64,000 bases of DNA, from assembly GCA_951406725.2 (NCBI GenBank), contig OX597815.1:94426001-94490000 (forward strand), given 5' to 3'. This DNA is from Octopus vulgaris (lineage: Eukaryota). Positions 26,589 to 40,240 of this stretch are shown one piece after another (position 1 is the first letter of the stretch; every line of letters starts with the position of its first letter). A program made the position numbers and the translations under genes. The notes below the pieces were generated by a model. It had not been told where the DNA came from and searched no databases. It saw only the letters and a list, made by a program, of their open reading frames with translations.

Positions 26589-27382
26589 AATCTACGCAAG
26601 CAAACAAACACGCTTCCACTCCACATATATATATTTCGTTCCATGCTTTCAGATTTCCTCCTCATAAAGACTCTGTAAAAATTGATTTGAAAACTATTTC
26701 TTCCCTGGAAAGAATAACCATTGTTCCTTTTACATATTTAAAAAGCAATATATACTTTTGGTTCCCAGCGCCTCGATGGTGATATCACGCATTTTTTAAC
26801 TCAACTCTCTCGCTCCTTTACATACTTGTATTTACTTTTCTCAGTTTTTGAGAAACAATAACATTTTCTTCCTTTGTGTCAACAAACATTCACTTATCTT
26901 TCAATAATATTTGTCATTGTTAGAGGTCTAGTCCCTTCTCAAGGTTTTGTTTTTGAGTGAGTAATGCGAAATCGCTCTGGCGTTAACGCATCATCTATTA
27001 TTTTGTGCCTGTTGTAAACAAACTAGGGCTCGTTCCTTTTCTTGCTGTATAAACTTTAGCAAATGTCAACTTGCTTATCATTTTATATAACAAATGCATC
27101 ACCCTTTCAATTACTGTTACTGTAAATTTACAGATTTTATTTATCGCAAAGCTTCTGCGCTATCCTATCCGTTGAAGCATGGAACAGAATTTTGTGGGTT
27201 GTAATGTAATTTTCTGTAACAGAAAAAAAAGTTATATTTTCGTAAAATTATGTTTTTGCAGTCAGTAAATGCAGTTACACATTGAACACACGGCACATCG
27301 CAAATATTTCACCTTACAGCAAGCAACAACTATATCAATATATATGTATGTTTATTTGTATGCATGTATGTATATTAAATAA

Positions 27383-27444
<62 letters not shown>

Positions 27445-27676
27445 ACATATATGTATATATGTATATATATGTGTGTGTGTGTGTCTATCTTCCTCTTTCT
27501 CTGTATATATATGCATACATACATGCATATACATACACCCCCCCCATATATATATATATATATATATATATACACGGACAAATTTGGTTCAACTGGAAAT
27601 AGGTTTAGAGAGATTCTAACTGAAACGTACAAATGTAAGGAGAAAGATCTAGATACATGTACCACAGATGACAATG

Positions 27677-27808
<132 letters not shown>

Positions 27809-28074
27809 CTTTGTCTGTCTGTATGTCTGCCTGCTTGCCTGTCTGTCTGTCTGTCTGTCCGTCTGCCTGTCTTCCTATCTATCTATATATATATGCTAAT
27901 TGCTACCAGAATATCATCTTAATCCTTATAGCCATCATTAAGTATTATATTTTTTTATCAACAGCATGATCCTAATCGTTATCGTATCAGTACCACAAAT
28001 AAAACTACGCTCAACATCACCATTATTACTGCCGTCACTGCCATCACCACCACCACATAGCATCTCAACATATC

Positions 28075-28291
28075 TATTTCTTTATTGCCCACAGGGGAGC
28101 TAAATATAGAGGGGGCGCACAAGGACAGACAAAGGGATTAAGTGCGTAACTGGTACTTATTCAATCGACCCTCAAAGGATGAAAGGCAAAGTCGACCTCC
28201 GCGGAATTTGAACACAGAACGTAAAGACAGGCGAAATACAGCTAAAAAATTTCGCCCGGCTTGCTAACGTTTCTGCCAGCTCGCGGCCTTA
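28075..28291 (-). mobile_element. Family B SINE
   Basis: Matches the 56088-56310 copy in head, body and tail. Confidence 0.85.
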
Positions 28292-28292
28292 A

Positions 28293-28444
<152 letters not shown>

Positions 28445-28482
28445 TACATATTCAGCATTATACGCATCTAATTACACATTGT

Positions 28483-28730
28483 GGGTGCGCTTGGCTTAGT
28501 GGTTGAGGCGTTGGGTTCACGATCGTAAGATTCTGGCTTCGATTCCTGGACCGGGTGGCGTGTTGCATTTTTGAACAAAACACTTCATTTCACGTTGCTC
28601 CAGTCCACTCATCTGGCAAAAATTAGTAATCCTGCGGCAGTGCGGCTTCCCGTCCAGGTTGGGATTATATATGCAGGGAAACCGGACTTTATGAGTCGAT
28701 ATGATTCGAGAAGGTAACTTTATCTTTTAC
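28483..28730 (+). mobile_element. tRNA-derived SINE (family C-like head)
   Basis: TGGCTTAGTGG A box, TTCGATTCC B box; core shared with 20767-21010 but a different 3' half. Confidence 0.7.
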
Positions 28731-29143
28731 CTAATTACACATTACTTTTTTTCTCTATATAAGCATATATATTTGTGTGTGTATAATTAACAGTCAAGCT
28801 CTGGCGTCTATGTAATCGGCTTATTTCCTCCTTCGAACTTGATGACCTAGTGCCACAATGTGAAACCAATATGTGCTCGAAATTCTTTTAAAATATAATT
28901 TGCCAATAACAACAAGCATTTATACACACACGCACACACACACACACACAATCACACACACACACATACATACACACACACACGTGCACACACGCACACA
29001 CGTGCGCTCACGCGCGCGCACATATATATAGGTAGTTTGCTCCAATTCAAAGTTTGACCGGTTCTTGTTAGATGTGTTTTTTTCCATGCATTAGAGCGTA
29101 AATGACTTTTGAGTCCCAGGAGTGTTTGAAATTTGCATGACAA

Positions 29144-29209
<66 letters not shown>

Positions 29210-29565
29210 TTTGCTTAGGCATTGCGACACCAATAACCTGGGAGAAAAATTAGTATACATATGCTTCAGAATGAAGCGCTAGTCGAGCACAGCGGTAACA
29301 AGAAACTGAGAAAACAAAGGAATTCGAGGCCCTGATGAAACTATAGGGTGCTGCTCAGACACTCAACAATGAATCCACTGTATTTCATGGCAGAGACAGT
29401 TGTAAATTAATGAAGTCCATAAGATAATAGTTTATTCCTTTGTCATCTCATTTTGCATCGCACCATTCCACTCTGCTGGCTGAACTGAGTAATCCTGCAA
29501 CAGATCGACGTCCCGTTCAGTGGGAGATATATAAATCACAGAATCCAGGGAAAACGATCTTATAG

Positions 29566-29628
<63 letters not shown>

Positions 29629-30785
29629 CACGTACATACGCACTTACATACATACACATCACTCATACATATATATGTATATATATGTAAAGACGCAACA
29701 CTGATGTACAATGCATACTCACAATATGATAATGTCAAATTTTCAGTAAAATGTATGTATAACTGGCCAGATATAATAGTCTTGTATAACTCAACCGTAG
29801 AAGTTATTTGCTCGAAGTTACATGTACATAATGTTATACATACATGGAAAAAATTCTCTGTCGAACTGATAACAAATGTCTTAATATACCGTACGAACTA
29901 TAGATTTAGGTTTCTCCTTCCAATTATTGGAGGACTTTGATATGTAGCCACTTGCCATAGCATCAATAATGTGAGGAGGGGCATAACAGAATCAGAAAAC
30001 CGACGGCTAATCAGGAAGTTATAATTCTAAGAACAATGAAAATATGTAAAACATTCTAAAAGTTTAGGCTGTAATAAGTACGTATACATTCGTGTAGACA
30101 TGTAAATGTTAGTATATAAATATGTATGTGTGTGTGTGTATATGTGTGTAAGTCTGTGTGTTAGTGTGTGTGTGTGTCTGTGTGTGTGTTTGCATGTGTG
30201 AAACTCAAATGCTTGCTCACATACATTCAGATATACATATATACATACATGAAGTTATAGTTTATGCTATTTAAATTCAAGTGAAAGTTCCTTGTTTTCG
30301 GGTTAGAAGCCGGTTCTTTATCTATTGGCAAAAATTTGAAATATATATAGCCAGAAAGATAGTCATGTATACATACATAAATACACACTCACACGCCCCC
30401 CCACATATATGCACATACACACGCACATACATATACATACTTGCACATATACACTTATGCAAACACGCGCTCACACGCACACAAATACATACATACATTC
30501 ATTCATGAATACATACATATAAACATATCCATTTACATATATATTGTAAAAGTATATTTTCGTACCATATTATGTCGTGTTTATGATATCTGTTTAATTT
30601 ATGGCTGAGTCACGACCATATAGCTTCACCATGAAGTCGTGATTTTGTGGGGGATATCTATAATGGGAAAAAAAATAAAGCAAATGTTATTTATTTGATT
30701 CATAAATCTACGTTTTTACTCTAACTCATTAAGTTCTGCTGTTTTATAGTGTTTTCTTGTTATTGCACGCACATTTTCACGTTCA

Positions 30786-30853
<68 letters not shown>

Positions 30854-30865
30854 ATATATATAATG

Positions 30866-30906
<41 letters not shown>

Positions 30907-31209
30907 CTGTGTATTCACATATATATAGATACATATGAAAATTCATATACAGTTAGGTATATATCTGATTTTTTATTTACAGTTAGGTATATATACACAT
31001 TCACACAAATATACGCGCACACACATACATGCACTCATACATCAAATGTGTCAGTATACTGTTGGGCATACACGCATGGTTATAAAAGACAACAATGCTG
31101 GAGGCAGAGCAAAACAATATATATCAATCCAGTTGAATACACAGTACAAGGTTACGATTTCCTTCAGTTTGGATAAATTGCCAGATAAAATTGCTATAAA
31201 CCATAATTT

Positions 31210-31770
31210 TGCACTGCCTTTTCAACTTGAATCGACCAGGAAGAAGCTGCTTGACAGTTCTTGCAATGTTATGACTGACTATTAAAACAGCTTCTCAACA
31301 ACTCAAATATGAATGTGGTATATCTCGATTTTGAAAATCTTTCGATAAAATCTATCACAGAATATGTCACAAACTGGATAGTCGGACCTCGGCGTAGTCT
31401 GAAAACTGAGGGAATAGCTTCACGGTTTTTAAAGACAAGTCAGGCAATAGTAGCCAATAGTCCATTCAAGAGACAATAACAGTAAGTGGAATCCCATAAT
31501 ATACTCTCTCGGGGCCACTGATGTTCATTGTGGGACTCAAGTATACAGACAGCCACCTTTACTCATGTATGCCCTCAAATATATTCTCAAGTATACAGAC
31601 ATCCACCTTTACTCGTAACGCAGACTATATAAAAGGATCACCATTGAACCCTGGAAAGATTACGCACGGGTGGCATGACCGAAATTCTATATAACTGGGC
31701 GGAAGAATATAACACGTAATAGAATGCTGAAAAATTCCAAGCCCTCCGTTATTCGCACGCAAAGTCGACA
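31210..31770 (+). mobile_element. CR1-like LINE reverse transcriptase fragment, heavily decayed
   Basis: VVYLDFE/SFDKIYH...ICHKL, SGIP...LSGPLMFI, ADYIK...WAEEY...NAEKFQAL across frameshifts; internal duplication of about 29 bp at 31536-31614. Confidence 0.7.
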
Positions 31771-32589
31771 ACAGCTTTTATATATGTATTAACACGTAAT
31801 GAAATAATAATAAAAAAAAAAGAATTACAAAAATGCACTACCAAAATCATTTATAAGAATCAATCATAGACAATAACTTCAGAAAGAAGAAAATAAAAAG
31901 GATAGCATGAAAGACCTGGTAAGAGTTCTAGAAACTAAAAGAGATGGTAATACGCTTCACATAGTGATGTATAGATGCAAAATGTAATGATAATGTATTA
32001 TCTGGTCAATTAATAACGGTTTATATGTTCTGATTGACAGCTATCCGGGATGTCAAGCGTTACTGGACAAGAGACGAAGAAAATATTTTACGAGGATTCA
32101 TTTGTAGGGTAATGATTATTTGCAGTGAAAATGAAATTTAACCATTGATTAGAATCGAACAATTCAAGATATGAAATATACTCAAAATAAGCTAGAATAA
32201 AGGTGAAAATATTGAAATAAAATATTAACGAAATTATATGGCCAAGATAAACAGCATAAAACGATCAAATCATTTTGTATTTGATGGAAAGAGCTGAGAG
32301 AGATAAATAATAGATATAAATATTTACAACAGCCCTAGAAGGTCAGTTGTCATATCCATTTAATGAGTTGAGAGGAGCGGTATTCATTTATTCTTTTATT
32401 GGTTTCAGTCATTTGACTGTCACCATGCGGGGGCACCGCCTTTAGTCGAACAAATCGACCCCAGGATTTATTCTTTGTAAGCTTAGTACTTATTCTATCG
32501 GTATCTTTTGCCGAACCGCTAAGCTACGGGGATATAAACACACCAACATTGGTTGTCAAGCGACAATGGACAAACATAGACACACAAAC

Positions 32590-32662
<73 letters not shown>

Positions 32663-32665
32663 CAC

Positions 32666-32716
<51 letters not shown>

Positions 32717-32782
32717 CACATACATACATGCATATTATATATATATATATGACGGACTTCTTTAAGTTTCTGTCTACTAAAT

Positions 32783-32873
<91 letters not shown>

Positions 32874-32878
<5 letters not shown>

Positions 32879-33339
32879 GAATAAATGAAAGAATGGAGTC
32901 GAACGAAGATTTTAACAAAATTCCTTTACTTTCAACACATGTTTCGAAGAATGCATATTCTTAATTCCGAAGGAATAAAGGGTGCATTATGCCGTCTTTT
33001 CATCAGGAAAGACAAGGAACCTCTATCAGCCTCAAGACGGACAAAAACTTTTTTATGACTTCCTACATTGTGTTCACAGTGAACACAATGCACCCTTTAT
33101 TCCTTCGGAATTAAGAATATGCAGTCTTCGAAACATGTGTTGAAAGTAAAGGAATTTTGTTAAAATCTTCGTTCGACTCCATTCTTTCATTTATTCATTT
33201 AAAAAAATACACAAATTACCACACAAGAACACGGGGTTTCTACCCTTGGCATGTAGCTACAACCGTGTTTTCTGACGTGAATTTGCTACCCAGCCATCGA
33301 TTAACCGAATTATCAATACTAGGATAATTCATTCACCTA

Positions 33340-33340
<1 letters not shown>
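32874..33340. mobile_element. Penelope-type fold-back (tail-to-tail pLTR) insertion
   Basis: 115-bp inverted arms 32874-32988 / 33087-33201 with one mismatch; inner palindrome at 33066-33090. Confidence 0.8.
32921..33019 (-). ncRNA. Type I hammerhead ribozyme motif with long stem II
   Basis: TTCCTT-GT-CTTTC-CTGATGA-AAAGA...TCTTC-GAAA-CATGTG-TT-GAAAG-TA-AAGGAA. Confidence 0.7.
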
Positions 33341-33426
<86 letters not shown>

Positions 33427-33459
33427 TAATCAAAATAAAAACATGATGCCAAGGATTCA

Positions 33460-33537
33460 GCGGTACATATGTTTCGGGCCTTTATTAGACGGATTTATAA
33501 CAATGCATAATGTGTGTCTATGGCCTTCTTCAGCCGC
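33460..33537 (-). ncRNA. Type I hammerhead ribozyme motif, intact core
   Basis: GCGG-CTGAAGA-A-GGCC-A-TAGAC...GTCTA-ATAAA-GGCC-C-GAAA-CATATG-TA-CCGC; palindromic stem III ACATATGT, GUA triplet. Confidence 0.75.
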
Positions 33538-33666
33538 GCACAATTACTGTTTCAAGGACATGTATTACATCAAAAATTCTACGTTGGGGATGCAAATCCT
33601 CTGAGTCGCGTACGACATAATGCGGTTCCAGCACAAAAATGAAGCGTCCATCCCGTCCTTCTCTCA

Positions 33667-33723
<57 letters not shown>

Positions 33724-35189
33724 CATATATAAATATATACACATACATACATACATGCATACATGCATATATATTCACGACGGACTTCTTTCAGTTTCTG
33801 TCTACTAAATCCACTCACAAGACTTTGGTCGGGCCAGGTTATAGTACAAGAAACTTGCGCAAGGTGCTACGCAGTGGGACTGAACCCGGAACCATGTGGA
33901 TAGGAAGCAAGCTTCCTACCACATAGCCAGTAAATAATAAAATTCTCGTTCTACACTATGCTTAAATTCTAAGCTTTTGTCACGAGTTCTTAAATATTCG
34001 AATCGAACGCATGAGAGTATCTTGCTACTACATCATATTCGAAAACTTTTGTATGATATTAAAATAATTAGTTGAGCTCTTATCTTCCAAGCATCTCAAA
34101 ATATATATTTTTCAGTTGACTTAGATCCTCAAATCACAACATATTTAACAAATCAATACCGAGAGCGTCGAACAATTTTTCAACCTAGAATGTTTGATCT
34201 GTTAAAACTAATGACAATTTTCGACATTCTTCACTTTTTATTTTCTATAATTAGCATAAAGCTTATTTTTAGATTACTCCTTTATTTTTCATTTCATTCT
34301 TTAATTTTTGATTGAGCTTTTCACCATTAATGTAATTTTCAAAATGTACCAAGTATATTACTCAATGAGATTGATAGCATTTGAAAGTTCCACCCTTTTG
34401 GCTTTCAATTTATTTAGCCGACTAATCTTTGTGCAATTCACCTTGCTTAGGTATATAACATACATGTTTTTATGCTTCCTTAATTTAGATAATTCGGTAA
34501 ATTTTTAGCAGTCTCAAGCAGCTTCCTCAAATATGTTTCACATCTTCGCGCTCAGAATCTCTCCTATTAACTTTGCTAGGTATTTAACTTCATATTGTAT
34601 GTCTTCGTGAATATCATCAATGTGTACTTGAGTTGTCTTCATCCTCTATTAAGGTTCAGAAGTGTCCAAAATATAACTGATATCCAAGATATAACGAGAT
34701 ATAACGAGGTGTAACTGATATGGCCTGATAGCAGTGGCCAGCAAAGCCTACTCTACATTGAGTAATAATAGTATACATAACAAAAATGTGTCCATAAATC
34801 TCCACTTTGATCTTGTTCTCACACCACAGAATTTACTGCGTCCTCACGAGAAGAAACCTCGTGTTTGTACTACTAAAGTGTTTCGATCCTCTTGGTTTAT
34901 AATCCAGGTTTCGAATCCAATAAGAAGGTTTTTTTTACACATGCCCCGAAGAAAACAAGCTTTGCCGACTTAAAATACTTGGAAAAAGAAAATAGAATCT
35001 CGATAGTTGTTCACATGAATTGTAACTTATTGACCTTTTTTATCTTCTAGGGAAACTTTTATAATTTTTATCTCTTATTCATTTCAAGATTTTCATGCAG
35101 TAATTGATTCAAATAAATTCATTAGTGACTTTGAGCTTATTCCAATCAATAACAAGTTCATAATGTCACATACTTATTCGATTATCATG

Positions 35190-35670
35190 TACACTACTCG
35201 CGAAGTTTACTTTCTACACGTCAGGAGACAGTAAATTATAGCCAGAAACATCTATACCATACAGGGTACGGGAATGGAATCTTCTGGACGGTGTGGATGA
35301 CTGGATATACTCAGTAGACCTTCCAGGATCAACAAAACAACCAGAAATAATCAGAAAGAGTGATTTGAAGCTGGTTATCGTGCTCCATTCTGGTTTTGAT
35401 TGAACTCGGCATGCTGTCTGAAACTAGAATAAAAGAAGAACACGTGTTCAAGACCGAAAAATTCGCCAACAGCCTGAGGGAAGCAAACTTCGGAGTCAAG
35501 ATTCTCGCCATAGAGGTTGAAGTCAGAGGTTTTGTGAGAAAATCTGCTTACGATGTAATAAAACAAATCTCAGTCTCTGGGAAGAAAAGACCAAAGCCCT
35601 AAAGGCAATATCAGAGATAGCGGACTGGTGTTCCAGCTGGATCTCGTCGAGAAGGAACAAAAACGACCTC
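35190..35670 (+). mobile_element. HERO-like restriction-like endonuclease fragment
   Basis: DDWIYSVDLP...IELGMLSETRIKEEHVFKTEKF...LAIEVEVRGFV...SSWI, matching the IELTVPxE...KxxKY...EVGxRGF pattern. Confidence 0.7.
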
Positions 35671-36670
35671 CATACAATTTGAGAGCATTATTTTTGTGTT
35701 TAATGCTATGGGATGTAATTCGGAGAGAGTCGTTGTGATAGCGTTGACGTTTCACCACTACTATGGTAATCAATGTTATTTCTTCTTTAAGTATAGGTTT
35801 GAAAGCTGAGTCAACGGAGTGGAATTAAAACTAGATGAAATCTCCAGGCGGTTTAAATCCACAAGTCTCCGATATCCAAGTGGTTAAAAAATGTCAGCAG
35901 AAAGGCACCTAAGATTCATAATCTGGATGCAGTCTGGCCCCCTTAGAGAGCAAAAAATAAAAAAAATGAAGGACCGAAGCACTTGCTTGAAGGGGTTTCT
36001 TCTCTGAAGGCCTTCTGCTGTTAAGCTCTCTTGAGAGTTTCTTACCAATCTACCTTTTTTCTCTTATTCTCCTATTTCCTGTGCATTGCTGTAACTTTCT
36101 AACTGTGCAATGATTCAAGCAAAAACACAATACCCTTGCCTTCCTTTCTCTGTGAACATACAAACATGTACATAAATATATATGTGTATATGTGCGCACG
36201 TATGTATGTATATATATATATATTAGTAACATTGTAATGTCATTTTCTGTCTGTGCATACGTTTAAGAGAAAAGTGTTAGAGAATGGTGCCTACTTATAA
36301 CTTGTTACTTATTTCAGGCAAGTTGTTTTACTTTAGCTAAAAGTAAAATAAAAAAAAGTGTTATTTTCCACCAGTTAACCCCTTCAATCACACCATTAGC
36401 TAACTTCACGTAATTATCAAGAAATAGGTAAAACTTCCCCTCACATCCTCTTCTTTTCACACCATGTGCAGCTGGAAGACGATATCACTATTTGACTTTC
36501 ATCTAATAAATACTGTGGCCGATTACAGCGTCTCAGTTATGAAACTAGGAGTTATAATGACTTTAGGTTGGCGTTCACTCAATCTATATGCATCGAGTTC
36601 TCTTATTTTGTTCATGAAAATACTACATAACTATATAGTCCCCCACCTCTTTTTCTTTATGTTTATGCGA

Positions 36671-36720
<50 letters not shown>

Positions 36721-36745
36721 GTATATGTATATGAATATGTATATG

Positions 36746-36813
<68 letters not shown>

Positions 36814-38183
36814 TATATACACACATATACATATATATGTATATAACATATATAAACATATATATATATGTATATATGTGTTTATATATTCACCTTGATA
36901 TCTTCTTTTTCTTCTTCTTCTTCGTCTTCTTTCTTCTTCTTCTAATTGTTGCTGTCGTTGTTATTCCCTTCAATATTATTTAATCAATCTTTGTATGAAA
37001 GTTTTGGTCACAATCCTGTGACGTGTGCACTGATCTCTGTGTAGCTGTCTATTTATCAATCAGTCAGTTCTTATATGAAGTTTGAACTTTGTATATTACT
37101 ACGTGTGCGTGTCTGCGGCTGTCGGTGTCTGTGTACTGTATGTTTATCGTCTAATATTTACGTGTGTAATGAGAAACGGTGATTATGTGCGTATATCAGC
37201 GTTTCTTTGCGTAGTATATTTGGTAGATCTGTGTGTAGTTGTAAAGTGTGTGTGTGTTTATGTGTTGTGTTTATGTGTGTGTTTACACTGATGTGCCTGT
37301 GTATGCGTACATTTATAATAATACGAATGTGTGTGTGTCTGCGTTTATTGTAATGCAAATGCGTGTGCTTATGTGCGAGTGTTTGTACGTTTATTGTGGC
37401 ATGCTGCTGTTGTTTATACTCAGGTCAGATCTGATTGAACTTGCCTATGATGAAAGACGCCCCAACTGTGATCATCTTGTCTTTTTAGTATAAGAGACGA
37501 TATTGACCAATATCACACTTTCCGTCCTTTAAGGGTGAAACTTGAAGACTTTTCGCTGTTATTTTTGACAGGTCGAGTGACCACATAGAAACTAACTTGT
37601 TGCCATGGGCCTGCTTTTTAGACTGTGGTGTGTCTGCGTTGAGTCACGATGTGTATGTTTGTATGTGTGTGTAAGTGCTCATGATGTTTGTGTACGTGGG
37701 TGTATGGGTATATTCTACTGTGTTTATATGGTACTGGGTCTATATGACCTTGTCATATTATAAGTGTGTATGTATATAGTAATGTGTCTATATAAGATTT
37801 TGTTGCATGTGTGCGTGTATGGTAGTGGGGTGTCTACATGGACTTGTACTACGTATGTGAATGTGATAGAGTGTTATGTGGTATTGATGTGTGAGTGTAT
37901 GTGGTAGTGTATCTGTATAGTATTGGTAATATATGTATATATGTTTATACATCTACATAGTGCTGACTATATGATGTGTTCCTACAGAATCGTAATGTGT
38001 GTGTGATAGTGTATATGTATGTGACACGGCCATCTGGTCTTTCCATGTCTCTGGACGTAATTTTAGTCAATGCAATACCTAGTTCCCAAGTCGGTTGGAT
38101 ATAATTTGGAGACGAACAAATTACTATTTCTTGCAGAACAAGTGAAATTCCTTCGTTACTTTAATTTTTCTATATCATTATAA

Positions 38184-38360
38184 TCCTTTCTACTATAGGC
38201 AAAAAGCCTGAATTTTTTTGAGAAGGGAGACAATCGATCACGTCGACCCCGGTACTTGACTGGTACTTAATACATCGAGCCTGAAAAGAATTTGAACTCA
38301 GAACGAAGCGACTTACGAAATACCACCTGGTGTGCAAACGATTCTGTCAGCTCGCTGCCT
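38184..38360 (-). mobile_element. Family B SINE with deletions
   Basis: GAATTTGAACTCAGAAC and CTGGTACTTAAT blocks. Confidence 0.7.
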
Positions 38361-38779
38361 TTTCCTATATCATTATAATGACAACAATTATAGTAAGTCT
38401 GTTTGCTGTTCTTGTTTTGTCGCAAATATCAGTGTTCGTATTGTTTAACCTCGAGGTAGATACGAGATCAAATGCAGTCCAATGGAATTCATCCTGTCTT
38501 TTAGCAAGGATAGCTTGAAATGTATTGTTCAATTTGTCCCCTTTCGTCCTAAACCATTTCCCATCATATCTAATCATACCTCGCTTTCTACAGTCACTGA
38601 CGTCAACTAATCTACTTACTATGTTAACACTCTACTTAATACGCTGCTACTAAGCATTCTTCAATGAATCATTTATGCTACAAGAAACTGGAATGACTAG
38701 AATGTTGTACAATATAGAGAAATGGGAGAAATATATGTAATTATCCATTGGGGTGGCGTTTTCTAGTTTTTTTTAAAAA

Positions 38780-39430
38780 GAGTTACAACAGTTATATCCA
38801 AAATGACTTGTCAGTCCACCTCGTGGTCCCGGCGGACAAAATGGAAAAGGCGTTGCCTTGGAGGATAATTTCGGAGTCGCGTTGGAACAACCACTCGGAT
38901 TCACGGTTTGCACTTGCGAATAACCATCTCTTTCCTGATACCAACGAGCAGGGATGTAGTCAGGGGGCCAAGAACGCCAGAGGTCTCCACTGTTTCAGGT
39001 TCTACGAATAAATCTGTCAGAGAGCGGACAATACTTAGACATTTTGCCCTTCATGACTTGACTAGCAGTGAACCCTGAGATAGCAGCCGAACACATCAGG
39101 TTTCCTCTGGAGATATGTTACATCATGTTGCATCCCAGACAAGGTCCATACCACTGCAGGACGGGAAAGTTGTTATGTCGTCTGGTGTATTGCCATCTCC
39201 TGTGTCCTGCCTCACCGGCTCAAGTTGGAAAGGAAAACCTGCAACGTCTAGGCCATGCATTATAATCTCACTGTGAGCAGTATGTCATGGAAGACAGCCA
39301 GCACTATTATGACATGATAATGGGTGGGGGCCGAAAGTATCCACAGCGGCATTTGTGAGGCTCACAAATCCAGAGGCCAAGATTCTGGGAAACGCAACAA
39401 CACTAGCTTCTATAAATTCTTCTCTCACCT
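38780..39430 (-). mobile_element. CRE-clade RLE LINE C-terminal fragment
   Basis: Minus strand reads GPHPLSCHNSAGCLP*H...AGFPFQLEP...DGNTPDDITTFP...LVWDAT, matching the HxLSC..SAGR..RH...LEP...DGKRPDG...WDAT pattern. Confidence 0.7.
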
Positions 39431-39625
39431 CTCCCCTTTGGTATTGTATACAATCCCATTTGTTCACTGTTTTTGTAGCCATCTATTATCTGCATACATA
39501 TCTATCCTTCTACCTAGTTCCTTATTTAACTAACTGAAGCTGAAGCACACCATTTCATGCAGTACCTGACTAAGACCTCGGGCGAAACGAAATATTTTGT
39601 TGGGCTCACGGTTAAACAGACATGC

Positions 39626-39711
<86 letters not shown>

Positions 39712-39779
39712 TAGTAATAATAATAATGATAATAATAATCATCATCAAAATGAAATAATAGAAATAATAAACGTAAGAA

Positions 39780-40240
39780 TTGTATAAATAATGGTGTTAA
39801 AAAGACTTGTGATTACAGGATTAAAGAAAATTGTAATCTTAATAATAATTGTAAACAAGATAACCTGGTATAAAGGCGTGTTGTGGAATCTGAAGGGAAG
39901 GAATGCCATTACATAAGTTCAACCGAAACTCGATTTAAACGGAGAATTGCACCACAAGAGATTTCTTTTACAAATAAGCATAAAATCAACAATACAAGTC
40001 TCAGTAAATCTATGTGGATGTTAAAAGATAATGGAAAAAATTATAGGATTATATGGGAGATTGTAAGCCATGCCAAAGCTTATCAATATCATATCAGATA
40101 AGAGATGTTAATTATGTATAGAAGAAATGTTTCGGGTAATCAAATCCAAATATAAATTGATTAGCTCTAGGAAAGAGAATATTTTAGCTTGTTGCCACTA
40201 CTCGAATAATATTTTTAGAAAATTTAATAAATAAATAAAT
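39780..40240 (+). mobile_element. Naiad/Chlamys-like Penelope GIY-YIG endonuclease fragment
   Basis: NCNLNNNCKQDNLV...YISSTETRFKRR...SF...TSLSKSMWMLK...YRIIWEIV...C*LCIEE. Confidence 0.7.

Larger units (their letters stand above)
32384..33929 (-). mobile_element. Family A SINE split by about 1 kb of Penelope-like inserts and microsatellites
   Basis: Tail half at 32384-32786, head half at 33779-33929; a 36-bp SINE segment is present on both sides of the insert. Confidence 0.8.

Noticed and set aside
29328-29350. CCCTGATGAAACTATAGGG hammerhead-like string
   Set aside because: Stem II is absent; at best a deletion remnant.
39780-40240. Selenocysteine recoding, as reported for some Naiad elements
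   Set aside because: The stops I traced are TAA, not TGA, and no SECIS could be identified.
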